This document shows, in pieces, positions 48,495-57,203 of a stretch of 64,000 bases of DNA. Within the stretch, counting starts at the first letter, position 1; each line of letters starts with the position of its first letter. Under the pieces are notes generated by a model. It searched no databases and was not told the DNA's origin. It saw only the letters and a program-made list of their open reading frames with translations. Origin of the DNA: Desulfobacula sp. Lineage in GTDB: Bacteria > Desulfobacterota > Desulfobacteria > Desulfobacterales > Desulfobacteraceae. The position numbers and the translations under genes were made by a program. Location of the stretch: positions 42,286 through 106,285 of the forward strand of contig JAMPXP010000018.1 of NCBI GenBank assembly GCA_023701135.1, given 5' to 3'.

Positions 48495-48903
48495 GATATC
48501 CGCCTTGGAGTAAAAAATGCGCTATTCTATTCTAAAAGCAAGTGACAAACAATTGATTTTTCATATTTTATTGGGATCCGGTATATTATCCTTCTATAGG
48601 TAACCGGCGGGCAGGCCACTGGCAGATATGCAGATACCATCGGCTTATTGCTATTGACTATGTGGAAAAGAGAAGTCATCAACCTGTTGAAACGACAGTG
48701 GGAAAATATCTCTTTGATCAGAAATCCGGGTAAATTGCACCTGGTAAGGCTTGAGCGTATTTTCGGATTCGGAATGTAATTCTGATTAAAAAAATCTCTT
48801 ACCGGGCAATGACCTTTAATCAGCCCTGAATCACAGATTAGGGTCTGGGTTTCTGATTTTTAATCGTTCTTTGGTCTTCGGGCAGGGCTGCCGGTACGGG
48901 CGC

Positions 48904-49230
48904 GCATTTGCCACAGGATTCTTCGGTGAGAAAATTGATGAAATACCTTGCCACGTCCACCATGCAGGTATTGGTAATCTTGCCCACGAGGGAGAAGATC
49001 TTGGTGCCCTTGCTGGACTCGGTGCCGATGGAGGGGAACCAGTCGGCCCCGTTATTGATGATCAGGGGCACATTGGCCCAGGTCTCGACGTTGTTGAGGG
49101 CCGATGGTCTTTCCCAGAGGCCTTTGACATTGGACCGGACATATTTGGGCCGGGGTTCCCCGGCTTTTCCTTCCAGGGAGGCCATGAGGGCCGTGGATTC
49201 TCCGCAGACAAAGGCGCCAGCCCCCTTGGT
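48904..49230 (-). pseudogene. NuoF/HydB-type flavin-NADH-binding subunit fragment with internal deletion
   Basis: GAGAFVCGESTAL..GEPRPK..LNNVETWANVP..GTKIFSLVGKITNT is joined directly to CMVDVARYF..ESCGKC, then the homology breaks off. No N-terminus. Confidence 0.85.
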
Positions 49231-49268
49231 GCACATGGGCCTTAACCTCAAAAAAGACGGAACTCTGC

Positions 49269-49604
49269 CTATGCTTCTCCCCGGCCGGGGAAAATATCCT
49301 TAAAGACGTCGTCATCGGCCCGGATGCACCGGTCTTTCAATTCCCGGTAGCATTCCATCAGGGCCCTGCCCTCATCGGTCAGTTTTGTTCCCGTAATCTT
49401 GTCGGCCAGGACCACGGGCTTTCCGAAATTTTTTTCCGTGGACTTGATCTTGCTCCACACGCTTTTATAGGACATTTTCAGCTCTTTGGCGGTCTGGTTG
49501 ATGGACCCTGTCCGGTCAATGGATTCAAGGATGGCCAACCGGCCTGAACCCATGATGATGCCGCCGTCGTCGGCAATAAGAAACTGGCTGGATCTGAGCT
49601 TCAT
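49269..49604 (-). CDS. modE: ModE-family regulator, N-terminal winged-helix only
   Basis: GSGRLAILESIDRTGSINQTAKELKMSYKSVW...TKLTDEG; no TOBE/molybdate-binding domains. Confidence 0.85.
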   Translation of the reverse strand: MKLRSSQFLIADDGGIIMGSGRLAILESIDRTGSINQTAKELKMSYKSVWSKIKSTEKNFGKPVVLADKITGTKLTDEGRALMECYRELKDRCIRADDDVFKDIFPGRGEA

Positions 49605-49731
49605 TTTTCGCCTTTATTTCAGATTGTCTTTTTCATTCTCCCCCTTATACATGCTTTTAAATTCGGTGTATATGGTTTTAGCCCTTCAAAACCGGCCGGA
49701 TCTATTTTTAAAAAAAAACAAACCGCCCCTT

Positions 49732-49759
49732 GACCTTATGTTAATCATAACATAAGGTC
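49732..49759. promoter_or_regulatory. ModE-type operator between modE and the fmdE-moeA-modABC genes
   Basis: Perfect palindrome GACCTTATGTT-AATCAT-AACATAAGGTC with 11-6-11 geometry; overlaps TTGACC-17-TAAGGT. Confidence 0.75.
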
Positions 49760-49802
49760 TATCCATGAACCATCCGAACCCCAAAAACCCTGGAAAGACT
49801 CC

Positions 49803-50411
49803 ATGGAAGATTTTGAAACCCTTCTGAAAGGATCGGCCGCCGCCCACGGCCACCTCTGCCCCGGACAGGTGGTGGGGGTCCGCATGGCCATGGAGGGATG
49901 CCGGCTTCTCGGCCTGGACAACCCGAGGGAACTGCCCCAGATCAAAAGCCTCATCGTGTATGTGGAAATGGACCGGTGCGCCACCGATGCCATTTCCTTT
50001 GTCACCGGCGTGAAATTGGGCCGGAGGTCCCTGAAATTCATAGACAACGGCATCATGGCCGCCACCTTTGTCCATCTTGAGACGGGCAAGGCCTTCAGGA
50101 TCGTATCCCGGGAAACCGCCAGGGATCTGGCTCACACCTATGCCCCGGAAATCGGGGATAAACACCAGCAGCAACTGGAAGCCTATAAGCGAATGAGTCT
50201 TGAGGACCTGTTCCGCATTGAAGAAGTCCGGGTAACGGTAAAGGCCTCGGATATGCCCGGCCCCACACGGTTCAAAGCCGTCTGCCAAAACTGCGGTCAG
50301 GTGGTCCGGGACAAGCGGGAAGTCATGAAAAACGACCGGATCCTCTGCAGGCCCTGCGCCCTGGGAACCTATTACCAACCCGTCACTCCACAAGGAAAGA
50401 AACATGTGTAA
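49803..50411 (+). CDS. FmdE-family protein with C-terminal Zn finger
   Basis: HGHLCPGQVVG, VEMDRCATDAI, CQNCGQ...LCRPC. Confidence 0.88.
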   Translation: MEDFETLLKGSAAAHGHLCPGQVVGVRMAMEGCRLLGLDNPRELPQIKSLIVYVEMDRCATDAISFVTGVKLGRRSLKFIDNGIMAATFVHLETGKAFRIVSRETARDLAHTYAPEIGDKHQQQLEAYKRMSLEDLFRIEEVRVTVKASDMPGPTRFKAVCQNCGQVVRDKREVMKNDRILCRPCALGTYYQPVTPQGKKHV

Positions 50412-51459
50412 AACCAGAAGAGACCCGGCCTTCAGAACCATACCCGTTGAAGAGGCCGTGGGCGCCACCCTGGCCCATGACGTGACCGAGGTCATTTCCG
50501 GAGAATCCAAGGGCCCGGCCTTTAAAAAAGGCCATAAAATAAGTTCCGGGGATTTGTGCCGGCTCATGCGCATGGGCAAAAACAATCTCTATATTCTGGA
50601 TCTCGCCGCCGATGAGGTCCATGAAGATGACGCCGTGCTGGAGCTGGCCGCTGCCCTGTCAGGACCCGGTGTCACCTTTTCCGCTTCTCCGGCGGAGGGA
50701 AAACTGGAACTGAGGGCCGACTATCCCGGTCTGTTCAAGGTCAAGGTTCAGGCCCTGGAAGAATTCAATATGCTCCGGGATGTGATGTGCGCTTCCATCC
50801 ACACCCATGCGGCCGTCAAAGCAAACCAGAGCCTTGCGGCCACCCGGGCCATCCCCCTGGTGATTCACCGGACCGACCTTGATGCCGCCGTAAATTTTGC
50901 CCGGGAGAATTACCCTATTTTCAGCGTCAAAATCTTCCAGCCGCTGAAAATCCGGCTCATCATCACCGGGAATGAGGTCTATAAGGGACTGATCCAGGAC
51001 CGTTTCAAGGCCATTGTAGAGCAGAAGACAACGGATTTGGGGGCCGTCATGGAAGAAGCCGTCATCCTTCCCGACGACCGGGACATGATCAGCCGACAGA
51101 TCCGGAACTATCTTGAAAAGGATACCGACCTCATCATCACCACCGGCGGCATGTCCGTGGACCCCGACGATGTGACAAAGGCCGGGATTGAGGATTCGGG
51201 CTTTGAACAGATCCACTATTCCGCAGCCGTGCTTCCGGGGGCCATGTTCCTTTTGGGATATCATAAAAATACGGCCGTCATGGGGCTTCCGGCCTGCGGC
51301 CTCTATCACAGGACCACGATTTTCGACCTGATCCTGCCGAGAATCATGGCCGGGGAAAAACCGGGACCGAGGGATCTGGCCCGCCTGAGCCACGGCGGTC
51401 TCTGCCTCAACTGCAAGACGTGCAGGTTTCCTGCCTGTTCCTTTGGAAAATCAGGATAA
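50404..51459 (+). CDS. Molybdopterin-binding (MoeA/MoCF-biosynthesis domain) protein with C-terminal Cys cluster
   Basis: LAHDVTE, ITGNEV, TTGGMSVDPDDVT, PGAMF, HGGLCLNCKTCRFPAC. Confidence 0.82.
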   Translation: MCKTRRDPAFRTIPVEEAVGATLAHDVTEVISGESKGPAFKKGHKISSGDLCRLMRMGKNNLYILDLAADEVHEDDAVLELAAALSGPGVTFSASPAEGKLELRADYPGLFKVKVQALEEFNMLRDVMCASIHTHAAVKANQSLAATRAIPLVIHRTDLDAAVNFARENYPIFSVKIFQPLKIRLIITGNEVYKGLIQDRFKAIVEQKTTDLGAVMEEAVILPDDRDMISRQIRNYLEKDTDLIITTGGMSVDPDDVTKAGIEDSGFEQIHYSAAVLPGAMFLLGYHKNTAVMGLPACGLYHRTTIFDLILPRIMAGEKPGPRDLARLSHGGLCLNCKTCRFPACSFGKSG

Positions 51460-51551
51460 TAAAATACAGGCGGATGACTTTGCATTTTATACGATATGGA
51501 CAGAAATACACCTTGATCCCCACAGAAAGATCATAATTTGAGGAAATTGAA

Positions 51552-52325
51552 ATGAAAAAAATAGGAACTGTTTATCTTTTAATCGCTTTACTTTACACAG
51601 GACTATCTTCTTTTGCCGTTTCAGCTTCAGCAAAAGAAATCACCGTATCGGCATCCATTGTCCTCAAAAACGCATTTGAGGAAATCGGCAAACGCTATGA
51701 ATCCAACACCAACACCGGGTGCGTCTTCAATTTTGGAGCCGCGGGAAACCTTCTCAAGCAGATTGCCGGAGGAGCCCCTGTGGATGTCTTTGCCTCTGCC
51801 GCAAAAAAATTTATGGATGAGGCCGACAGTGAAGGGCTGACTATTGCCGGCACCCGTGCCGAATTCACCTCGAACAGTATGGTTCTGGTTGTTCCGGCCG
51901 GTTCAAAAACAGCTCTCAATTCCTTTGAGGGATTGAATTCCGCAACGATCAAAAAGATTGCCGTGGGAAACCCAAAGACTGTTTCAGCCGGAGAATATGC
52001 CGAAGATGTGTTCCATTTTTATAAGATTTCCGCTTCCATTCAAGATAAATTCATTTACACGGAAAATGTACGGCAGGTTCTGGATTATGTGGCCAGAAAC
52101 GAAGTGGATGCAGGCGTTGTCTTTGCCACGGATGCCGCTGTCCGGACAAAAGAGGTAAAGATCGTGGCTGCGGCCCCTGAAACAAGCCATAAACCGGCTG
52201 TTTATACCGTAGCCGTGGTCAAGGGGTCAAAATATGAGGCCGAGGCCAGAGCCTTCATCGCCCTGCTTCTTTCCGGCGAAGGTCAGGCCGTTCTCAAAAA
52301 TTATGGTTTTAAAGCTGTTCGATAG
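51552..52325 (+). CDS. modA: Molybdate ABC transporter substrate-binding protein
   Basis: Signal peptide; APVDVFASA, IAVGNPK, NVRQVLDYV..EVDAG. Confidence 0.92.
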   Translation: MKKIGTVYLLIALLYTGLSSFAVSASAKEITVSASIVLKNAFEEIGKRYESNTNTGCVFNFGAAGNLLKQIAGGAPVDVFASAAKKFMDEADSEGLTIAGTRAEFTSNSMVLVVPAGSKTALNSFEGLNSATIKKIAVGNPKTVSAGEYAEDVFHFYKISASIQDKFIYTENVRQVLDYVARNEVDAGVVFATDAAVRTKEVKIVAAAPETSHKPAVYTVAVVKGSKYEAEARAFIALLLSGEGQAVLKNYGFKAVR

Positions 52326-52333
52326 GGCTTGAC

Positions 52334-52996
52334 ATGGAATCCGTTCTTTTTTCCGTGCGCCTGTCCCTGCAGGTGGCCTGCCTGTCAACCCTCCTGATCG
52401 TAGTGACCGGGATACCCATAGCCTATCTCCTGGCCCGGAAAGCGTTCAGGGGCCGGGAGGTGCTGGACATGATCTTCACCCTGCCCCTAGTGCTGCCGCC
52501 TACGGTCACGGGCTATTATCTGATTATCATTTTTGGCAGAAACGGACTCCTGGGCGGCTTTATTTACCAATGGACCGGGTGGACCATCATGTTCACCTGG
52601 TATGCAGCCGTGCTCGCCTCCTATGTGGTGGCCCTGCCCCTCCTGATCAAGACCGCCAGGGCCGCCATTGAATCCGTCGATAAAAATCTCATCAATGCCT
52701 CTTACACCCTGGGGCATTCCGAAATCAACACGGCCCTGAAGGTGATTCTTCCCCTTGCCAAACGGGGGGTTATCGCCGGGGCCGTGCTCGCCTTTGCCCG
52801 TTCCATGGGAGAATTCGGGGCCACCCTCATGCTGGCCGGAAACCTGCCGGGCAAGACCGAGACCATGCCCATTGCCATCTACAGCCTGTCCAACAGCGGA
52901 GAATGGAACAAGGCCCATGGGCTGGTAATGCTCATGACCCTGATATCCGGGCTTTTTCTCTACATTGCCAACCGGTATTCAAAAAGGACATTCTGA
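52334..52996 (+). CDS. modB: Molybdate ABC transporter permease
   Basis: LPLVLPPTVTGY, FARSMGEFGAT..AGNLPGKT. Confidence 0.95.
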   Translation: MESVLFSVRLSLQVACLSTLLIVVTGIPIAYLLARKAFRGREVLDMIFTLPLVLPPTVTGYYLIIIFGRNGLLGGFIYQWTGWTIMFTWYAAVLASYVVALPLLIKTARAAIESVDKNLINASYTLGHSEINTALKVILPLAKRGVIAGAVLAFARSMGEFGATLMLAGNLPGKTETMPIAIYSLSNSGEWNKAHGLVMLMTLISGLFLYIANRYSKRTF

Positions 52997-53703
52997 TGGG
53001 GCTTTACGTCAATCTGCAAAAAAAGGTCAATGGATTTTCTCTGGGCATTGAATGGGAAATCGGCCATGAACCGGCTGTGCTCTTCGGGTTTTCCGGGGCC
53101 GGGAAATCCATGACGCTTCAGTTGATTGCCGGGCTTATGAAACCGGATTCCGGAGTTGTCCACCTGGACGACACCCTGTATTTTGATTCCCTGTCCAAAA
53201 CGGATCTGCCTCCCCAGAAAAGGCTGTTCGGCTATGTGTTCCAGGACCTGGCCCTCTTCCCCCACATGACGGTATGGCAGAACATCCTCTACGGGGCCCC
53301 CCTTCTCTCCGGAAATGAAAAGGCAGACCGGGCCCATGACCTGATCCGGTCCTTCAAACTCTCCGGGCTTGAGAAAAGATACCCGTCCGAGATATCCGGG
53401 GGGCAGAAGCAGCGGGTGGCCTTTGCCCGGGCCCTGATCCGGCGGCCCAGGATGCTGCTCCTGGATGAGCCCTTTTCCGCCCTGGACCGTCCCCTCCGCC
53501 TGGAGATGCGGGATTTTTTAAAAGAGGTACGGGAAACCTTCAATATCCCCGCCATCCTTGTGACCCATGATTTTGACGAGGCCGCCGCCGTCTCGGATCA
53601 GATCATCATTTATGAACATGGCAGAATCACCCAGACAGGCTCCCCCGAGCAGGTTAAAACCGCTCCGGCCAACGGCTATGTATCCCATCTGATTTCAAGC
53701 TGA
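52996..53703 (+). CDS. modC: Molybdate ABC transporter ATP-binding protein
   Basis: GFSGAGKS, ISGGQKQR, LLLDEPFSALD, VTHD; ATG overlaps the modB TGA. Confidence 0.9.
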   Translation: MGLYVNLQKKVNGFSLGIEWEIGHEPAVLFGFSGAGKSMTLQLIAGLMKPDSGVVHLDDTLYFDSLSKTDLPPQKRLFGYVFQDLALFPHMTVWQNILYGAPLLSGNEKADRAHDLIRSFKLSGLEKRYPSEISGGQKQRVAFARALIRRPRMLLLDEPFSALDRPLRLEMRDFLKEVRETFNIPAILVTHDFDEAAAVSDQIIIYEHGRITQTGSPEQVKTAPANGYVSHLISS

Positions 53704-53764
53704 TCCCTGCTTCCCCCAATCGGGTTTCGTTACAACACCAGCACCAAGACGAGCCGGGGCCGCA

Positions 53765-54994
53765 TTATTTTCTGATCTCAAAGGCATCCACCGTTTCTTT
53801 GGCCAGGGTATAGGCCCGATACTGCAAGATATTGTCTTCCACCCGGACGGACTGGAAGCTGATGGTGCGGGACAGGGTCCTGGCCATGAGATGGTCATAC
53901 CGGTCGCCGGGCGGATAAAATTTAGGCCCGCTGTTGGAAATGATATAAACAACTCCCTTATCTTTTTCGGAAACGGGCTGGTGATTTTTCAGGGAAACGG
54001 TCCGGGCATAGCCGTGGTCATGGCCCTGGAGGACCAGATCAACGGAATGCCGGTCAAAAACGGGAACCAGAAGATCCTGGAAATCGGTATGGGTTTTGCG
54101 CTGTGAAATGGGATACGCGGGCTGGTGGATGACCACAATGGTCCAGGCTTGTGGGTTGTTGGATAAAACGCCTTCAAGCCAGAGGGCCTGTTCCGGAATT
54201 TTTTCATTCCCGTTCAACACCACCACCCGCAGGCCCTGGTAATCAAAGCGGAACACGGTTTCCTCAAGGCCTTCGGGCCCGTTCTCCGGCAGGGTGAACT
54301 GGGGCCGCCACAGGGAAGTGATGCGGCGCTGGTCGGCCGTGGTTTTCCGCGGGTCCGGGTATTCGTGGTTGCCCGCCGCAGGAACCAGGGGCATCGTCCG
54401 GGAGATCCATCCCAAGGCTGAAAAAAAATCACCCCAGAGCCGGTCATCGGGACCGTTGTCCACCATGTCCCCGGCAAAGAGCCAGAACCTGGCCTCGGGC
54501 TCTTTCTGAAAAGCCACCCTGAAAACCTGGGAACACATGGAGAACACCTCTTCCTGGACATCTCCGAAATACAGAAAGGTAAAGGGCTCCGGCTGGTCCT
54601 GGGCGGTTTTGAACTGGTTCCATTCGCTCCAGGCCGGGTCCTCCCCCACCCGGTAGGCATAGACTGTTCCCGGAAGCAGGCCGCTAAAGACAACGGAATG
54701 CTGAAAAACACCGGTTTTGTCATCCAGGGCCACGGGGGTGGAAAGGGCCGGAAAGGCCCCTGGCCTGATCTCCGGGTTCAGGAGATCCGATACCGGGATG
54801 ATTTCAGCCCTGGGGGAAAGGCCTTTCTCCCTTGTCCGCCAGGTAACGGCCTGGCTGCTGAAAGGGGTTTCGGTAAGATTCAGAATGATCCGTTCGGGAA
54901 GGGCCGCATCCCCGGCAAGGCCCCGGCCGGCACACAGGAGTAGACAAAGGCCTGCAACGATCATATAGCTTTTTATCCGTGGAAATCCTGTCAT
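53765..54994 (-). CDS. Exported purple-acid-phosphatase-like metallophosphoesterase (FN3 + calcineurin-like)
   Basis: Signal peptide; GDVQ, GDMVD, GNHE, IHQP, GHDH metal motifs. Confidence 0.88.
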   Translation of the reverse strand: MTGFPRIKSYMIVAGLCLLLCAGRGLAGDAALPERIILNLTETPFSSQAVTWRTREKGLSPRAEIIPVSDLLNPEIRPGAFPALSTPVALDDKTGVFQHSVVFSGLLPGTVYAYRVGEDPAWSEWNQFKTAQDQPEPFTFLYFGDVQEEVFSMCSQVFRVAFQKEPEARFWLFAGDMVDNGPDDRLWGDFFSALGWISRTMPLVPAAGNHEYPDPRKTTADQRRITSLWRPQFTLPENGPEGLEETVFRFDYQGLRVVVLNGNEKIPEQALWLEGVLSNNPQAWTIVVIHQPAYPISQRKTHTDFQDLLVPVFDRHSVDLVLQGHDHGYARTVSLKNHQPVSEKDKGVVYIISNSGPKFYPPGDRYDHLMARTLSRTISFQSVRVEDNILQYRAYTLAKETVDAFEIRK

Positions 54995-55128
54995 TTGACC
55001 CTCCTTTTCATGGGTTGTCCTTTTCCCTGTCTTGTTCCCTGTCGTAGACCATACCGCCGCAGTCTTAAAAAAGAAAGTTTTTCCTCTTTATCCGTTCTTG
55101 ACAAACCCGGCAACCCATACTAAATAGA

Positions 55129-55156
55129 ATCGTTATGTCAGTCAAGGCATAACCAT
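55129..55156. promoter_or_regulatory. ModE-type operator upstream of the formate dehydrogenase operon
   Basis: ATCGTTATGTC-AGTCAA-GGCATAACCAT (11-6-11); TTGACA lies at 55098. Confidence 0.75.
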
Positions 55157-55247
55157 AAACCATAAATTTCGACGCCCTGCCTGGACGGGAAGCGGGCATA
55201 CAGATATAATGGATGCGTTTTGATCCATTCATGCAAAGGGGGCTTAT

Positions 55248-57167
55248 ATGCGTCATCCGGAAATCGATACATGGAACGGAAAGGCCCGGGACCCGGATCT
55301 ATCCGTTCTGGATATGGAAAAGTGGCCGGGGCGGACGACACTCAGGGCCATCATGGGATGGAACGGCATCAAAGTCTGGGATAAGACCGTGGATGCTGTG
55401 GCTCTCCTGGCCGCCTATCTGGAAAAGACCAAAGATGAGTCCTGCGGCCAATGCACCCCCTGCCGCCTGGGCACCGTGCAGATGGCGGGCCTGGCCAAAG
55501 GCCTGACACAAGGCCGGGGCAAGACCGAGGACCTGACCCGCCTTAAATTTCTGGCCGTCCAGATCAGCCGGACCGCCCGGTGCGATATCGGCCGGACCCT
55601 GGCCCGCCCGGTTCTGGACCTGATGGAATCCTTTAGCAAAGATTTTGAGGCAGCAGCCAGGGGTACAAAAAGGGTGGAAGAGGGCCAAGCGTATACCTCC
55701 CTGGTCACCGCCCCCTGCGTGGCCGCCTGCCCCTCCCATGTGGATGTCCCCTTTTACCTGGAAAACATCCGCATGGACCGCTGGTCGGAAGCCATGGACA
55801 AGGTGCGGGAGGACTGCCCCATGCCCGGCACCATCGGCCGGGTCTGCGTGCGGCCCTGTGAAACCCGATGCCGGCGGGGCAACCTGGATGAGGCTTTGGC
55901 CATCAAAGGATTGAAACGCTTTCTGGCGGACCGGGAAATGGAGGGAAAACTGACTCCAAAGCCCTTGGCTCCGCCCAAGCGGCCTGAACGAGTGGCCATT
56001 GTGGGTGCGGGCCCGGCCGGTCTTTCCTGCGCCTATTACCTGGGACGCCAAGGCATAAAAACCACCATTTTCGAGGCCCAGGAAGGTCCGGGTGGCATGG
56101 CGGCCTACGGTATTCCGTCCTACCGCCTTCCCAGGTCAGTCATCGCCCACGAGGCCGCCGGAGTCGAAGCCCTGGGAGCCGTCATCCGATATAATACCCG
56201 TGTGGGCCGGGACATCACCCTGGAAGACCTGGCCGGACAGGGGTATAAGGCCGTGTTCGTAGGAGCCGGCGCCCCCGGTCCCACCCGCATGAACTGCAAG
56301 GGGGAGGACCAGGGGTATGAGAATTTCATGCCCGGTGTGGATTTCCTGGCCCGGGCCGCCCGGGGGGAAAAACCCCTTAACGGCGACCGGGTGGCGGTGG
56401 TCGGCGGCGGCAACGTGGCCATGGACTGTGTCAGAACCGCCCGGCGCCTGGGTTTTACCGATGTGAACCTCATCTACCGCCGCACGGAAGCCGAGATGCC
56501 GGCCGATGCCCTGGAAATTAAGGAAGCCCGGGAAGAAGGCGTGAATTTCCACATGCTCATGGCCCCCATCGAGGTCCAGGCCGATGCCGACGGAAAGGTC
56601 TCGGGCCTCAAATGCCTGCGCATGGAACTGGGAGAACCGGACAAAAGCGGCCGGCGGCGGCCCGTGCCCATTGAAGGCTCGGAATTTGTCATAGCCTGCG
56701 ACGCCGTCATCCCGGCCATCGGCCAGGCCTGCGCCGTGGACCAATTCCTGCCCCAGGCCGTGGTCAGTGAATGGAACACCCTGGTGGCGGATAAAACCAC
56801 GGGCCAGACCCAGGTGCCCCATATCTTTGGCGGCGGAGACTGCGCCACCGGGCCGGATATCCTGATCCGCGCCCTGGCGGCCGGCAAATACGGGGCTAAA
56901 TCCATTGTCCGTTACCTGGACACCGGGGATTGCACGCCCGGGCCTGAAGACCTGATGGAAGCCCTGACCGGAAATCCGGCCCTGTTTGAAACCGACCCGC
57001 CCCTGCCTTACCCCGGGGTGACCCGGCGGGAGGAAGCTTCGGTTCTGGCGCCCGAAACCCGGATTCAGAGCTTTGACGAGGTGGAAGCCGGATTATCCCC
57101 GGCCCAGGCCAGACAGGAGGCCAACCGCTGCCTTCGCTGTTACCGTATTCTTGTGGCTGCCCTCTAA
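55248..57167 (+). CDS. FAD/NADP(H) oxidoreductase subunit: NuoF-type 4Fe-4S N-terminus + GltD/SudA-like core (SfrB-like)
   Basis: AIMGWNG, ESCGQCTPC, APCVAACP, GRVCVRPCE..CRR, GAGPAG, GGGNVAMD, YRRT, GGDC..G, EANRCLRC. Confidence 0.88.
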   Translation: MRHPEIDTWNGKARDPDLSVLDMEKWPGRTTLRAIMGWNGIKVWDKTVDAVALLAAYLEKTKDESCGQCTPCRLGTVQMAGLAKGLTQGRGKTEDLTRLKFLAVQISRTARCDIGRTLARPVLDLMESFSKDFEAAARGTKRVEEGQAYTSLVTAPCVAACPSHVDVPFYLENIRMDRWSEAMDKVREDCPMPGTIGRVCVRPCETRCRRGNLDEALAIKGLKRFLADREMEGKLTPKPLAPPKRPERVAIVGAGPAGLSCAYYLGRQGIKTTIFEAQEGPGGMAAYGIPSYRLPRSVIAHEAAGVEALGAVIRYNTRVGRDITLEDLAGQGYKAVFVGAGAPGPTRMNCKGEDQGYENFMPGVDFLARAARGEKPLNGDRVAVVGGGNVAMDCVRTARRLGFTDVNLIYRRTEAEMPADALEIKEAREEGVNFHMLMAPIEVQADADGKVSGLKCLRMELGEPDKSGRRRPVPIEGSEFVIACDAVIPAIGQACAVDQFLPQAVVSEWNTLVADKTTGQTQVPHIFGGGDCATGPDILIRALAAGKYGAKSIVRYLDTGDCTPGPEDLMEALTGNPALFETDPPLPYPGVTRREEASVLAPETRIQSFDEVEAGLSPAQARQEANRCLRCYRILVAAL

Positions 57168-57203
57168 GGGAGAGTGGACTATTTTAAGATGAAAGGAATC
57201 CAA

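Noticed and set aside
42600-49260. Mobile element or integrase-bounded island
   Set aside because: No transposase, integrase, tRNA or terminal direct repeats were seen; only a compositional impression, so it is reported as an inference rather than a feature.
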